Made by a program: the position numbers and the translations under genes
Notes under the pieces: generated by a model
The model's input: only the letters and a program-made list of their open reading frames with translations
What the model was told of the DNA's origin: nothing
Database searches by the model: none
Assembly (NCBI GenBank): GCA_026985555.1
Contig: JALSQF010000010.1
Span: forward strand, 97,163-161,162
Origin: Candidatus Moraniibacteriota bacterium
Lineage (GTDB): Bacteria > Patescibacteriota > Minisyncoccia > Moranbacterales > UBA9337
Reading direction: 5' to 3'
DNA: 64,000 nucleotides
Shown here: piece after piece, positions 37,444 through 47,602 of the stretch
Layout: the number at the start of each line of letters is the position of its first letter
Numbering within the stretch: the stretch's first letter is position 1

Positions 37444-38861
37444 TTATTTGATATCTTCTATCAATGTCTCCTCTAAGATTCTTTTTGAAAAATTGATTTC
37501 CTTTGTTAGTTTTTTATTTTTCCACCCTCCTCTCTTAAACCAAAATAATCCAACCATTGCAACTATAATGTTAGTTAAAGGAAAGGCTAACCAAATCCCT
37601 ATTTCTGAAGAAAAAAGATATTGAGATAAAAAATAAGCTAGAGGTATCTTTAAAATCCACAAAGAAAAAAGAGATAGAAACATTGAATCTAAAGTGTTTC
37701 CAGATCCTCTAAATAAACCGCTCAAAGACATTTGTATTCCAATAAAACCAAACGATAACGCAATAATTTTAATAAATAAAGCGCTAGCTTGGATAGCTGT
37801 TTTATCGTTGGGAATAAAAAGAGTAGAAAGTTTATTGGCTAAAAGAAAAGTTATTATTCCGATAATAGTTAGCATTATAAAACTTACTGTAATGCTTATT
37901 TTTGTAATTTTTTCTGCTCTTTTTGTTTTTTTTGCACCTATGTTTTGTCCCACTAATGTAGAAGTTCCATAGACAATCCCAAAGAAGGAATTATTATGAA
38001 ACTTAAAATTCTAGATCCAATTCCATAACTAGCTAAAGCTATGGTTCCAAATTTTGCTACTAAAAAAGTTATTATTACCATACCTAATGCTTTAGTAGAT
38101 TGTTCTATAGAAGACGGAATTCCTATTTGTAACATTTTCTTTATTAGTAGTTTATCAAAACGTATTTTTTTAAAATTTATTTTAATTTGATACTTTCCTT
38201 TTAATAATAACATTATGCTAATTATACTGGCTAAAAATTGAGTTAGAAAAGTAGCTATTGCTGCACCAGCTACACCAAAACCTCTCATAAAATGATTGCC
38301 TAAAATAAATAAAGGATCTAAAACAAAATTTATTGAAACACTCACAAGAATAATAAACATAGGGATTTTTACTTCTCCTATAGCTCTCATTAGTGACTGA
38401 AAGGTCATAAAAATAAATATAAAAACAACTGTTAAGAAAGATATTCTGAGATATTTAAGTGCATCTAAAAAAACGTCTTTTTCAACTTTTAATAAATGGA
38501 TTAGAAATGGAGAAAAAATATAACCTAAAATTGCAAAAAGTAAAGACACAATGAAAATGATTATTATGGACTGAGTAGCAATATAATCAATTATCTTTTG
38601 ATTCTCTTCACCTTTATATTGAGATACTAATATAGTTCCCGCTACAGTTAAACCTCCTGCTAAAGAAATAACTAAAAAAAGGAGAGGAAAACTAAGAGAA
38701 ACAGCTGCTACTGCTTTAGTTCCCAATCTACCTACCCAAAAAGTATCAGTTAATTGATAAACTGTTTGTAGAATATTAGCTCCTATAATCGGCAAAGCTA
38801 GATTAAAAAGTGATTTTAAAATTGAACCTTCTGTCAATAATTGTTTTTTTCTATTTCTCAT
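37444..38861 (-). pseudogene. MATE efflux transporter split by a 1-nt frameshift (or sequencing error)
   Basis: Two consecutive MATE halves; ATGGAACTTCTACATTAGTGGGACAA near 37950-37970 reads MATSTLVGQ if one base is restored. Confidence 0.8.
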
Positions 38862-38886
38862 CTTATTTTAGATATTATTCACTAAG

Positions 38887-38919
38887 AATAAAACCATTTA
38901 ATCAAAAAATGGTTTTATT
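38887..38919 (-). terminator. Hairpin after murB
   Basis: AATAAAACCATTT/AAATGGTTTTATT. Confidence 0.55.
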
Positions 38920-38950
38920 ATTATTAAAAGATAAATTAATTATTCAAAAG

Positions 38951-39922
38951 CTAAAATCCAATCATTTCAACTTCTTCTTTTAATTGAACTCCAAAATGAT
39001 TTCTAACCTTCTGTTTAATAATCCCTGCTAAAATAATAAAATCTTCTGCGGTAGCATTACCTGTATTTATTAAAAAATTAGCATGTTTTTCGCTAATTTG
39101 TGCTCCGCCAATTTTTTTCCCTTTAATTCCCAATTTCTCTATGAACCAACCAGCTGGAATTTTTTGATCAATACTTTTTATTCCTTTTTCTTTTTCAAAT
39201 TGTAATATTAATTTTTTGTTATCAACTCTAGGATTTTTAAAAAAACTACCCGCACTAAAGCCATTCGGCTGTTTGTCTTGACGTTTTTTAAGATACTCTT
39301 TTTGTTTTTTTTCAATAATATTTTTTTCTCCTATCTTTAAATTTAATATGGCAGATAGGAGAATCCATTTTTTTTCTTCTTTAAATATACTAGAACGATA
39401 ACTAAACTTACATTTATGAGCAGACATTTTAATTACATCAGAAAAAACTTGAAAACTTCCTAATTGAAGATTGTTTTGTTTACGTAATACTTTTACTTTT
39501 ATAACCAATTCTCCTATGGTTTTACTAAAAGCGCCAGCATTATTATAAACTGCTCCTCCTAGTGTGCCTGGAATTCCTATGGCCCATTCCAACCCACTCC
39601 AGCCTCGTTGATAAGCTAAGTTAACTAATTCATTTAAGCTAACACCTGCATCAACTTCTATTATAATTTTTTTCTGAGATTCTGTAATTATCTTCGTCCT
39701 TTGCGTATTTAACTTAATCACTAATCCATTAAAACCCTGATCGCTAATCAAAACATTAGATCCTCCAGCTAACACAAAGACATTCCACTCTTTTTTCTTA
39801 GCTAACATTAAAACTTTTTTTAAATCACTTTGATGATTAATTTCCACAAAATATCTAGCTGAACCTCCAACCTTTAAGGTAGTATAAGAAGCTAATGGAA
39901 CATTTTCTTGAATTTTAAACAT
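38951..39922 (-). CDS. murB: UDP-N-acetylenolpyruvoylglucosamine reductase
   Basis: GGSN, GIPGTLGGA..NAGA, YRSS, SAGSFFKNP, KHANF. Confidence 0.95.
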   Translation of the reverse strand: MFKIQENVPLASYTTLKVGGSARYFVEINHQSDLKKVLMLAKKKEWNVFVLAGGSNVLISDQGFNGLVIKLNTQRTKIITESQKKIIIEVDAGVSLNELVNLAYQRGWSGLEWAIGIPGTLGGAVYNNAGAFSKTIGELVIKVKVLRKQNNLQLGSFQVFSDVIKMSAHKCKFSYRSSIFKEEKKWILLSAILNLKIGEKNIIEKKQKEYLKKRQDKQPNGFSAGSFFKNPRVDNKKLILQFEKEKGIKSIDQKIPAGWFIEKLGIKGKKIGGAQISEKHANFLINTGNATAEDFIILAGIIKQKVRNHFGVQLKEEVEMIGF

Positions 39923-40040
39923 ACTTTATTTAGTTTTATTTTATTTTTATTTGCTATTTTTAAAGTTTTTTTAAATAAACTATTGAACTATGTTTATATT
40001 TTATTTCAGCATGGCTTAGTGTTACTAAATAGATTAACAA

Positions 40041-40601
40041 TTAAAATTCCACCTTAACATTTTCTTTTTCTTTGGTATCAGCCTCAAAAAATTCTCTTTT
40101 TTGAAAATGTAATATTCCTGCAATAAGATTATTAGGAAATATTTCAATTTTTGTATTAAAGTCTCTTACATTGCCGTTATAAAAACGTCTTGCTGCTTGA
40201 ATTTTATTTTCTGTATCGGTTAATTCTTTTTGTAACTCTAAGAAATTTTGATTAGCTTTTAAATCTGGATAGCTTTCAGACAAAGCAAAAATTGATTTTA
40301 AGGTAGAAGATAACATATTTTCTGCTTCTGCTTGTGCTTTAGCATCACCACTTTTTTGAGCATTCATCGCAATGTTTCTAGCGCTAATAACTTTTTCTAA
40401 TGTTTCTTTCTCATGCTTAGCATACCCCTTCACTGTGTTTACTAAATTAGGAATTAAATCATATCTTCTTTTTAATTGAACATCTATATCACTCCAAGCT
40501 TCATCTACTCTATTTTTTAGACGAATTAAACCATTGTAAATCAGAATTAACCACACAACTAATCCGATGAGAATAATTAAAATAATAATTCCTAAACTCA
40601 T
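40041..40601 (-). CDS. lemA: LemA family protein
   Basis: N-terminal TM, IDVQLKRRYDLIPNLV, YPDLKA, RRFYN. Confidence 0.95.
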   Translation of the reverse strand: MSLGIIILIILIGLVVWLILIYNGLIRLKNRVDEAWSDIDVQLKRRYDLIPNLVNTVKGYAKHEKETLEKVISARNIAMNAQKSGDAKAQAEAENMLSSTLKSIFALSESYPDLKANQNFLELQKELTDTENKIQAARRFYNGNVRDFNTKIEIFPNNLIAGILHFQKREFFEADTKEKENVKVEF

Positions 40602-40733
40602 ATTATTTTTTAATTATTTACCTTTATCTTTAAAAATAAAAAATAAATAATTATATTAATTAATAATTATAATTATTATAATTTTAACTTATTTAAAATA
40701 ATTTTACAAATCTTTAAAAACATTATTGTATTT

Positions 40734-41903
40734 TTAAAGTTTTTTATACAATTCTAAAGTTTCCTTAGCAGTTTTTTTCCAATTAAAATATAAAGCTCTT
40801 TCTTTTCCCTTTTTTAAATATTTATTTCTAAAATTTTCATCTTCTATCATATTTAGCATTAACTCTGTCATTTGAGAAACATCTAATGGATTAATAAAAT
40901 AAGCTACGTTATGAGCAATTTCTGGAAGAGAAGATACGTCAGATATAATACTAGGAGTTTCTGTAGCCAAAGCTTCTAAAACAGTCATACCAAAACCTTC
41001 ATATAAAGAAGGCATTATAAATAATTCTGCTTCTTTAAATAAAGGAACTAATTCATCTCCTATAATATATCCTGGAAAAACAACATCTTTATGTATGCCT
41101 AAATCTCTAGCTATGTGACGATACTCTTTACCTAACCAACCTCTTTTGCCTGCTAAAACCAATTGAAAATCAAATTTATGAGAATTTTTTATTTTTCTTT
41201 TTTGCAACCACTTCTTTTTAAATTGAGCAAAGGCCTGTAATAATCTAGTAATATTTTTGCTTGGTTCCAAAGTGCCTAAAAATAAAATATATTTTTTGGT
41301 AATACCTAAACGGGCTACAATTTTTTTATAATCTAAATCAGGTTTTTCAAAAAATCTTTCATCTAAACCACTATAAATGATTTTGGCTTTATTTCCTAAA
41401 TTCCAAATACTTTCTAAATCATTTTTTATTGATTGAGATACAGCAATAATTTTATCAGCCTTTTTCGCCATTAACCTATCGTTAGTTTTTTCTTTAATTT
41501 TTTTCCAACGAGGAAAACATTCCGGTATTTTATAAGGAGCTAAATCATGAAAAGTTACAACTAACTTCCCTGCATAAGAACTAGGAATACGACTCTGAGG
41601 AGAAGTAGAATGCAATATATCTAATTTTTCTTTTTTTAAAGTAGCTAAAGTAAGCAACTCGTTATAAATTCCTGGCATATATTTACTATAGTCAGAAAAA
41701 GGATAAAATTTAATTTTTACTCCTTTTTTTCTAAACTTACGCACATCCTTCTCTCTCACTCTAAAATCAAAAAATAAAACATACTCATTTTTATGATCAA
41801 TCTCTAAAAGATGACGAATAAGTTGATAAGTATAATGACCCACTCCTATGGCATCACCTTTCTCTGGATTTAAAATTGTTCTAGCATCAATACCTATACG
41901 CAT
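40734..41903 (-). CDS. Glycosyltransferase family 4 (mannosyltransferase-like)
   Basis: MRIGIDAR, TFHDL, GTLEPSKN, PSLYEGFG. Confidence 0.9.
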   Translation of the reverse strand: MRIGIDARTILNPEKGDAIGVGHYTYQLIRHLLEIDHKNEYVLFFDFRVREKDVRKFRKKGVKIKFYPFSDYSKYMPGIYNELLTLATLKKEKLDILHSTSPQSRIPSSYAGKLVVTFHDLAPYKIPECFPRWKKIKEKTNDRLMAKKADKIIAVSQSIKNDLESIWNLGNKAKIIYSGLDERFFEKPDLDYKKIVARLGITKKYILFLGTLEPSKNITRLLQAFAQFKKKWLQKRKIKNSHKFDFQLVLAGKRGWLGKEYRHIARDLGIHKDVVFPGYIIGDELVPLFKEAELFIMPSLYEGFGMTVLEALATETPSIISDVSSLPEIAHNVAYFINPLDVSQMTELMLNMIEDENFRNKYLKKGKERALYFNWKKTAKETLELYKKL

Positions 41904-41955
41904 AATTTTTCTTTAATTATTTTTATTCTAACATCCTTTTGATTATATTTCAAAT

Positions 41956-41999
41956 AAAAAAGACTGTTTGTAATTAAATTTATTTTATACAAACAGTCT
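41956..41999 (-). terminator. Terminator after the Zn-ribbon ORFan pair
   Basis: AGACTGTTTGTA/TACAAACAGTCT followed by a U-run on the minus strand. Confidence 0.7.
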
Positions 42000-42018
42000 C
42001 AGTTTTTAAATAAAAAAT

Positions 42019-42222
42019 TTAGACAGAAATAGCTAGCATCTCCTCCTGCTGGCTAAGTTTCCGCTTTTTCTTAATTGATGGCAATAAAAATCTTTGCCCT
42101 GTGTGATCAAAAACATATATTCTTCCACATTGACCACATTCCCAAACTTCTCTTTTTTTCTGCAAGACTATTCCGCAACAAAAATCTTGTGGATTTAATC
42201 CTGCATACAACTTTTTCTTCAT
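42019..42222 (-). CDS. Small Zn-ribbon ORFan
   Basis: CCG...WECGQCG; AAAAAAGGAGG SD. Confidence 0.7.
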   Translation of the reverse strand: MKKKLYAGLNPQDFCCGIVLQKKREVWECGQCGRIYVFDHTGQRFLLPSIKKKRKLSQQEEMLAISV

Positions 42223-42237
42223 AGTTGCCTCCTTTTT

Positions 42238-42429
42238 TTATTTTTTATTTTTTATTTTCCCTGAAAACATAACTATTCCTTTTTTTTTATCTACAATTTG
42301 CCCACAATTTAAACATTCAAAATGTTTTGAAAAAATCATAAATGATTTTCCTCCACAACAAAGACAAGTTTGTGGAAATTCATTATTTTTTTCATTCATT
42401 TTTTGTAGAGAAAGCAAATCCCACATCAT
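42238..42429 (-). CDS. Small Zn-ribbon ORFan
   Basis: CLCCGG...FECLNCG; AAAAAAGGAGG SD. Confidence 0.7.
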   Translation of the reverse strand: MMWDLLSLQKMNEKNNEFPQTCLCCGGKSFMIFSKHFECLNCGQIVDKKKGIVMFSGKIKNKK

Positions 42430-42476
42430 AAAACCTCCTTTTTTTTTATTTTTTATTTAACTTTTAAAGAACATTT

Positions 42477-42600
42477 AAAAAAAACTGGCGGAAACCAGTT
42501 TTTTGAAAATTATTTTTTTTGCCAAATCAAACTAGTTTCCTTTATAGAATAAAGAAAATAGAAATAACCAAAAATAATTTTTTCTTGTTTGATTTGGCAT
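42477..42600 (-). promoter_or_regulatory. Leader-peptide transcription attenuator
   Basis: uORF plus mutually exclusive 13-bp protector, 12-bp antiterminator and U8 terminator helices. Confidence 0.75.
42532..42600 (-). CDS. Leader peptide MPNQTRKNYFWLFLFSLFYKGN (22 aa)
   Basis: ATG at 42600 and TAG at 42534-42532, between promoter and terminator. Confidence 0.65.
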   Translation of the reverse strand: MPNQTRKNYFWLFLFSLFYKGN

Positions 42601-42635
42601 TTATACAAAATTAAAAACTTTCAATCTTATTTTAA

Positions 42636-42663
42636 ATAATAAAGCTTACTATTTTTTTGTCAA
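42636..42663 (-). promoter_or_regulatory. Sigma70 promoter upstream of the attenuator
   Basis: TTGACA-N16-TATTAT. Confidence 0.6.
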
Positions 42664-42672
42664 GTAAAAAAT

Positions 42673-43860
42673 TTAAAAAACTAAACTCAAAACACTCCAA
42701 AACATTAAAGCTAGATCATTTTTCCAAAAAGTGGTATCCACTATTCCATGCCCTAACCAATACAACAACAAAGCCATAAAAGTAATAATGATTTCTTTTT
42801 CTCTTGTTTTAGTTTTTTTTAAAAAATAAAAAGATTTTTTATAAAAATAAAAAATCAACCCCAGAAAAGATAATAATCCCAACAATCCTGTTTGTAACCA
42901 AAAAGCTAACCACAAATTATGTGGCTGAGGAACAGCCCACTCTAAGTAAGGAGGAAAATATTTTTGATACATTAAATATTGTTCTTGAAAGTTTCCTGGA
43001 CCAACCCCCCATATCCAGTTATCTTGAACAATTTTTACTGCTGAACGCCAAATTATTAAACGCGAATTTTCAGAAGATCTTTCTGACCAATTCCATAAAT
43101 TTTGCCATTTAGAATTATTATTTTGCAAAACAACAACTATCAACAAAAAAATTAAAAGAATTTTCAATAATAAACTTTTTTCAATCCACTGGAACCAAGA
43201 TTTAAATTTTTTCCTGTTTTTTTCATAATCAATAAAGATTAATGTTCCTCCCATAGCCAACCAAGCTCCATAAGAAGTAGTCCAATATAAAATGATAACT
43301 AAAAAAAAGAAAGTGATTTTATACCAAATATTTTTTTGAAATAATAAACTGAAATTTATAATTATAGAAGGCGCTAAATACATAGCTAAATAATTGGGAG
43401 AATTAAAAAAAGCTTCCAGTCTATTATCGTAAGTAACCTTTCCTGCTAACTTATAAAATAGACTAATTATAGCTACCCCTAATCCTGAAGAAAATATTAC
43501 ATACAATATTTTTTCATTTTTTTCGTTGTCATAAAAAACATCTTTCACAACAAAAGCAAACAGAATTGGTAATAAAAAATAGCTCTTTAACATTCCCCAA
43601 CCAATCATTTTATTACCATTAAAATAAATAGAAAATAACACACTCAACAATAATAATAAAATTAAAGAAAGATAAATTTTATTAATATTTTTAAAATAAT
43701 CTTTTATCTCTTTAAATCCTTTTTCTTTTAGCCAAATTATAATTGTTAAACTAATTAAAATATCTAATAAATTAAACCTAACTAATCCAAAGTTAAATCT
43801 AATCAAATAAACTGGCATCAAAAATAAACTTATATAAACTAATTTTTTACTCAAATCCAT
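42673..43860 (-). CDS. O-antigen ligase (Wzy_C/WaaL) family protein
   Basis: Many TMs; SPNYLA, R..IW, GVGPGNF, PHNLWL, HG.VD. Confidence 0.88.
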   Translation of the reverse strand: MDLSKKLVYISLFLMPVYLIRFNFGLVRFNLLDILISLTIIIWLKEKGFKEIKDYFKNINKIYLSLILLLLLSVLFSIYFNGNKMIGWGMLKSYFLLPILFAFVVKDVFYDNEKNEKILYVIFSSGLGVAIISLFYKLAGKVTYDNRLEAFFNSPNYLAMYLAPSIIINFSLLFQKNIWYKITFFFLVIILYWTTSYGAWLAMGGTLIFIDYEKNRKKFKSWFQWIEKSLLLKILLIFLLIVVVLQNNNSKWQNLWNWSERSSENSRLIIWRSAVKIVQDNWIWGVGPGNFQEQYLMYQKYFPPYLEWAVPQPHNLWLAFWLQTGLLGLLSFLGLIFYFYKKSFYFLKKTKTREKEIIITFMALLLYWLGHGIVDTTFWKNDLALMFWSVLSLVF

Positions 43861-44558
43861 TTTATAAAAAAATTTAAAATTTTTTCTAACTCCTCTATAT
43901 CATCTTTATTTATCCTTAATTTCAACAATGTTTCTAATTTATTAGAAAAAAATATTCTAATTAATTTAATGCTATTATTACTTATCTTAATTTTATTAAA
44001 AACATCAGGATAACAATTAGAACAAATTATACCTCCCTTTTGAGCAGAAAAATAGTTCTGATTATTTTTTAATTTATTTCTACAAATTACGCAACGTCTT
44101 ACTTCTAAACGATAGCCTAATAAATCTAATATTTGAAAAATAAATCCTAAATAAATTAGATTAGATTTTTTTTCTTTATCTTTAGTTTGATTGATTATTC
44201 CTAAAAAATTCTTCCAAAGATAAAAAATTTTTTGATCTTCTTCTTTGCTAACTACCCATTCTCTAAATAACTGACTTGCTTGAAAAACTAATTTCAAAGA
44301 ATAAAAATTTGTTTTTAAAAGAGAAAAATTTTTTTCTATCGTTACACCAACTATATTTCCCATTCCTCTATTTTTAGCTATAGTTATTTGTATTAAATTA
44401 AAATTTTCTAAACCAGCGCTTAATTTAGCTTTAGTTTTCCGCGTTCCTCTACCCACAGCTTTAACCAATCCCTCTTCTAAAGTGTAAATAAAATACAAAC
44501 GATCCGCTTCTCCAATGTTCTTTTTAGCTAAAATTATACCTTGATAAGTTTTTTCCAT
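43851..44558 (-). CDS. recO: DNA repair protein RecO
   Basis: GEADR...YT...G...A..RG.RK...KL; CxxC...GG..CxxC; ATG at 44558. Confidence 0.9.
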   Translation of the reverse strand: MEKTYQGIILAKKNIGEADRLYFIYTLEEGLVKAVGRGTRKTKAKLSAGLENFNLIQITIAKNRGMGNIVGVTIEKNFSLLKTNFYSLKLVFQASQLFREWVVSKEEDQKIFYLWKNFLGIINQTKDKEKKSNLIYLGFIFQILDLLGYRLEVRRCVICRNKLKNNQNYFSAQKGGIICSNCYPDVFNKIKISNNSIKLIRIFFSNKLETLLKLRINKDDIEELEKILNFFIKWI

Positions 44559-44637
44559 AAATTTAATTTTAACATATAAACAATAAAAAAAGAAAAAGAG
44601 ATTCACTTTTTGAATAAACCTCTTTGATTTTCTAAAC

Positions 44638-45010
44638 TTAATTTGAATTTTTTAGAATTTTAACCATACAATTAAAAAAAATTTCCGTCCTGTTACTTGC
44701 CATTTTCCAAGAATATCCTCTTTTTTGATATTCTTTTTCAAGAAAAATATTTTCTATCTTTTTTCGCCAAAAATTTTCATAAAAAAATAACCAATTTATC
44801 TCTTTTAAAACAGATTGTAAACCTTCTATATGACGAAAGAAAGAAAAATTTTTTTCTTTATTTTCTTTTAGAAACAAGCAGACGTCATTTAACCAAATTA
44901 TAAAATCTGCTTGCGATAAAGAATTTATATTTTTAAATTCTCCAATTTTTAATTTTAATTTTTTATTTAGCTTTTCCAAAATCGCTCAAACAGCCACACT
45001 GAAAAGTCAT
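44638..45010 (-). pseudogene. ORFan with strong SD, apparently frameshifted after about 10 codons
   Basis: AAAAAAGGAGG-ATG(45010) gives MTFQCGCLSDFGKAK*; the long frame 44638-44979 resumes +1 at GATTTTGGAA. Confidence 0.5.
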
Positions 45011-45116
45011 ATTTGCCTCCTTTTTTCTTTTTTTAAAAAACTTACCTAAAATAATTAAAAATTATTTTTTACTTTTACTATATTTTAAAAACCAAAATTT
45101 TATTTTTGTCTATATA

Positions 45117-46160
45117 TTATTTCCATTCATAATTATTCCATGTCCATTCTGCCATACTTTGAATATCTTGCCAACGATAAGGATCGTCTAAAAGCACCAA
45201 TATAATACGATGTTTATTGGTTCTATCTATCGCTCCCACCATTAAAGAACGTCCCGCTAAAGGAGTGAATCCGGTTTTTCCTCCTAAACACCCTGCCATT
45301 TGATTTAAAAGACGATCTGTATTGAAAATTTTGTGAGAAAATTTTTTATCTACAGAATAAATTTCAGCGTTCGGAATCCGAAATATATTCCAAATAAGAG
45401 GATACTTCATAGAATAACTAGCTATACGCGCTAAATCAATTGCTGAAGAATATCCTTCTTTTTCTTTTCCGTCTATTTCTAATCCTGAAGGAGTGCAAAA
45501 ATGAGTATTTTTTAATCCTAATTCTTCTACTTTTTGATTCATTAGAAGAGCAAATCCTTCAATAGATCCACCTATATGTTTTCCTAAAGCTGTAGCTGCA
45601 TCATTAGCACTATTCATTAACATAGCTTTTAATAAATCAAGAGCATATATTTTTTCTCCTTTTTTTAGACGAGGACTATTGCAATAACCCGAACGAGGAC
45701 AACCTATTTTTGTTCCCTCTATATATATTTCATCGCCAATAGTAACTACTTCTTTCTCTAAATGAGAAATTTTATTAATAACCACTATGGCTGTCATAAT
45801 TTTGGTTAGTGAAGCAATTTGTCTTCTTTGAGATCCATTTTTTTCCCAAAGAATTTTACCCGAATCTACATCTATAATAGCTCCGGCATGCGCAGAAGGA
45901 ATTTTTAATTCTTGAAAATTTTTTTTCTTAAAAGGAATATAATTTATGGAAGAAATAGCTATGGGAAAAAAGTTTTTATTTGTTTTAATAAAATTTTTAT
46001 TGTTTTTAGAAGCTATTGTTTTTGTTTCAACTCCTTTTACTTTTTTTTTCTGATTATTATAATTATATTGTCCGTCTGTTTTCCATATCCACAAACCAAA
46101 AATACTTACTAATAATACTATCCCTATAATAAAATACTTCTTTTTTTTCAAAATAATCAT
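45117..46160 (-). CDS. D-alanyl-D-alanine carboxypeptidase (peptidase S11)
   Basis: ASLTK (SxxK), SAN, KTG; N-terminal TM. Confidence 0.92.
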   Translation of the reverse strand: MIILKKKKYFIIGIVLLVSIFGLWIWKTDGQYNYNNQKKKVKGVETKTIASKNNKNFIKTNKNFFPIAISSINYIPFKKKNFQELKIPSAHAGAIIDVDSGKILWEKNGSQRRQIASLTKIMTAIVVINKISHLEKEVVTIGDEIYIEGTKIGCPRSGYCNSPRLKKGEKIYALDLLKAMLMNSANDAATALGKHIGGSIEGFALLMNQKVEELGLKNTHFCTPSGLEIDGKEKEGYSSAIDLARIASYSMKYPLIWNIFRIPNAEIYSVDKKFSHKIFNTDRLLNQMAGCLGGKTGFTPLAGRSLMVGAIDRTNKHRIILVLLDDPYRWQDIQSMAEWTWNNYEWK

Positions 46161-46172
46161 TTTATTTATTTT

Positions 46173-46733
46173 TTACTCTTCTTTATTTTTAAATTTTAAT
46201 ATATTTTTCACCTTTTTATTTTTTCTTAATTTTTCATAATCAGGTAAATCCTCTATCTTACTTATTCCCATTTGCTTTAAAAAACCTAAAGTTACTTGAT
46301 ATAAATAACCTCTAATCTTATTTTTTCTAGAAACTCTTTCTACTAATCCTCGCACCATTAAATTACGCAAAATAAAACTAGAGTTAACTCCTCTAATTAA
46401 ATCTATTTCCGCTCTTGATAAAGGACCTCTGTAAGCAACAATAGCTAAAGTTTCTTGAGCTGCAGAAGTAAGTTGACTTTCTGTATCCACCTTGATTAAT
46501 TTTTTTAAATAAACAAAATTATCAGGGTTACTAACTAATTGAATTCTTTGATTTTGTTCAATTATTTGCAAACCTCCATTTTCTTGATTATATTTTTCTA
46601 TCAATGCTTCTACATTTTTTTCTATTTTTTCCAGTGGTTCTTTTATTATTTTTGAAATTTTTTTCAATTCCAACGGATCACCACTAGCTAAAAGTAGACT
46701 TTCTATAATTGATTTTATTTTATAATCTTCCAT
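46173..46733 (-). CDS. scpB: SMC-Scp complex subunit ScpB
   Basis: ESLL.ASG.P, ETLAIVAYRGP, IRGVNS, LP. Confidence 0.93.
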   Translation of the reverse strand: MEDYKIKSIIESLLLASGDPLELKKISKIIKEPLEKIEKNVEALIEKYNQENGGLQIIEQNQRIQLVSNPDNFVYLKKLIKVDTESQLTSAAQETLAIVAYRGPLSRAEIDLIRGVNSSFILRNLMVRGLVERVSRKNKIRGYLYQVTLGFLKQMGISKIEDLPDYEKLRKNKKVKNILKFKNKEE

Positions 46734-46809
46734 AAATAACATTATAGCAATTTACAAAATATGAACAAGTGTTATAAAATAAAAAATAAATTGATTAAAC
46801 TATACTAAA

Positions 46810-47544
46810 TTGTTTAAAAAAATTTCTGATTTTATTTTAGATACTCTTTTTCCCATAAAATGTATTGGTTGTGAAAAAGAAAAAGAATGGATTTGTTCTA
46901 CCTGTTTCTCTAAATTAAACTTACAACAAGAACAAACCTGTCCCTATTGTCAAAGAAACATTACTCCGCATGGAGAAACTTGTTTTAGTTGCAAACGAAA
47001 AAATCGTTTAGATGGATTATTTGTAGCAGGATATTATCATAATGAACTATTACAAACTGCTATTCATTTATATAAGTATCGTTTTATCCAGGATTTATCC
47101 TTTCCTTTGGGAAAATTTTTATTAAAGGCTGTTCATTTTTATGAAATTTCTTTACCTGATTTAATTATTCCTATTCCCTTACATAAATATCGCCAACGTT
47201 GGCGAGGATTTAATCAATCTTTTTTGTTAGCCCAATTTCTAAGCCAAAATTTATTACCTCATTATTCTATTCCAATAAAAAATGTTTTAAAAAGAATTCG
47301 TTTTAACAAACCTCAAGCATCTCTTCATAATTATCTTCAAAGAGAAAAAAATATTGAAGGCATTTTTCAATTAGAAAAAAATGTATCTCCTCATTTTATC
47401 AAAAATAAAAAAATCTGGTTAATAGATGATGTAGTTACTACAGGCTCCACCTTGAATGAAGCTACTAAAATATTAAAAAAAGCTCAAGCTCAGAGTGTTT
47501 GGGGAATAGTTTTAGCGCGCCAAAAAACAAATAACCGAAGTTAA
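46810..47544 (+). CDS. comF: ComF family double-zinc-ribbon phosphoribosyltransferase
   Basis: LFP.CxxC..CxxC..CxxC..CxxC, PIPLH, RGFNQ, IDDVVTTGST. Confidence 0.9.
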   Translation: MFKKISDFILDTLFPIKCIGCEKEKEWICSTCFSKLNLQQEQTCPYCQRNITPHGETCFSCKRKNRLDGLFVAGYYHNELLQTAIHLYKYRFIQDLSFPLGKFLLKAVHFYEISLPDLIIPIPLHKYRQRWRGFNQSFLLAQFLSQNLLPHYSIPIKNVLKRIRFNKPQASLHNYLQREKNIEGIFQLEKNVSPHFIKNKKIWLIDDVVTTGSTLNEATKILKKAQAQSVWGIVLARQKTNNRS

Positions 47545-47602
47545 AATTTATATACAATTAAAAAAATTTTAGAATTATTTTTAAAAAAAATCATCTCTTT
47601 CT

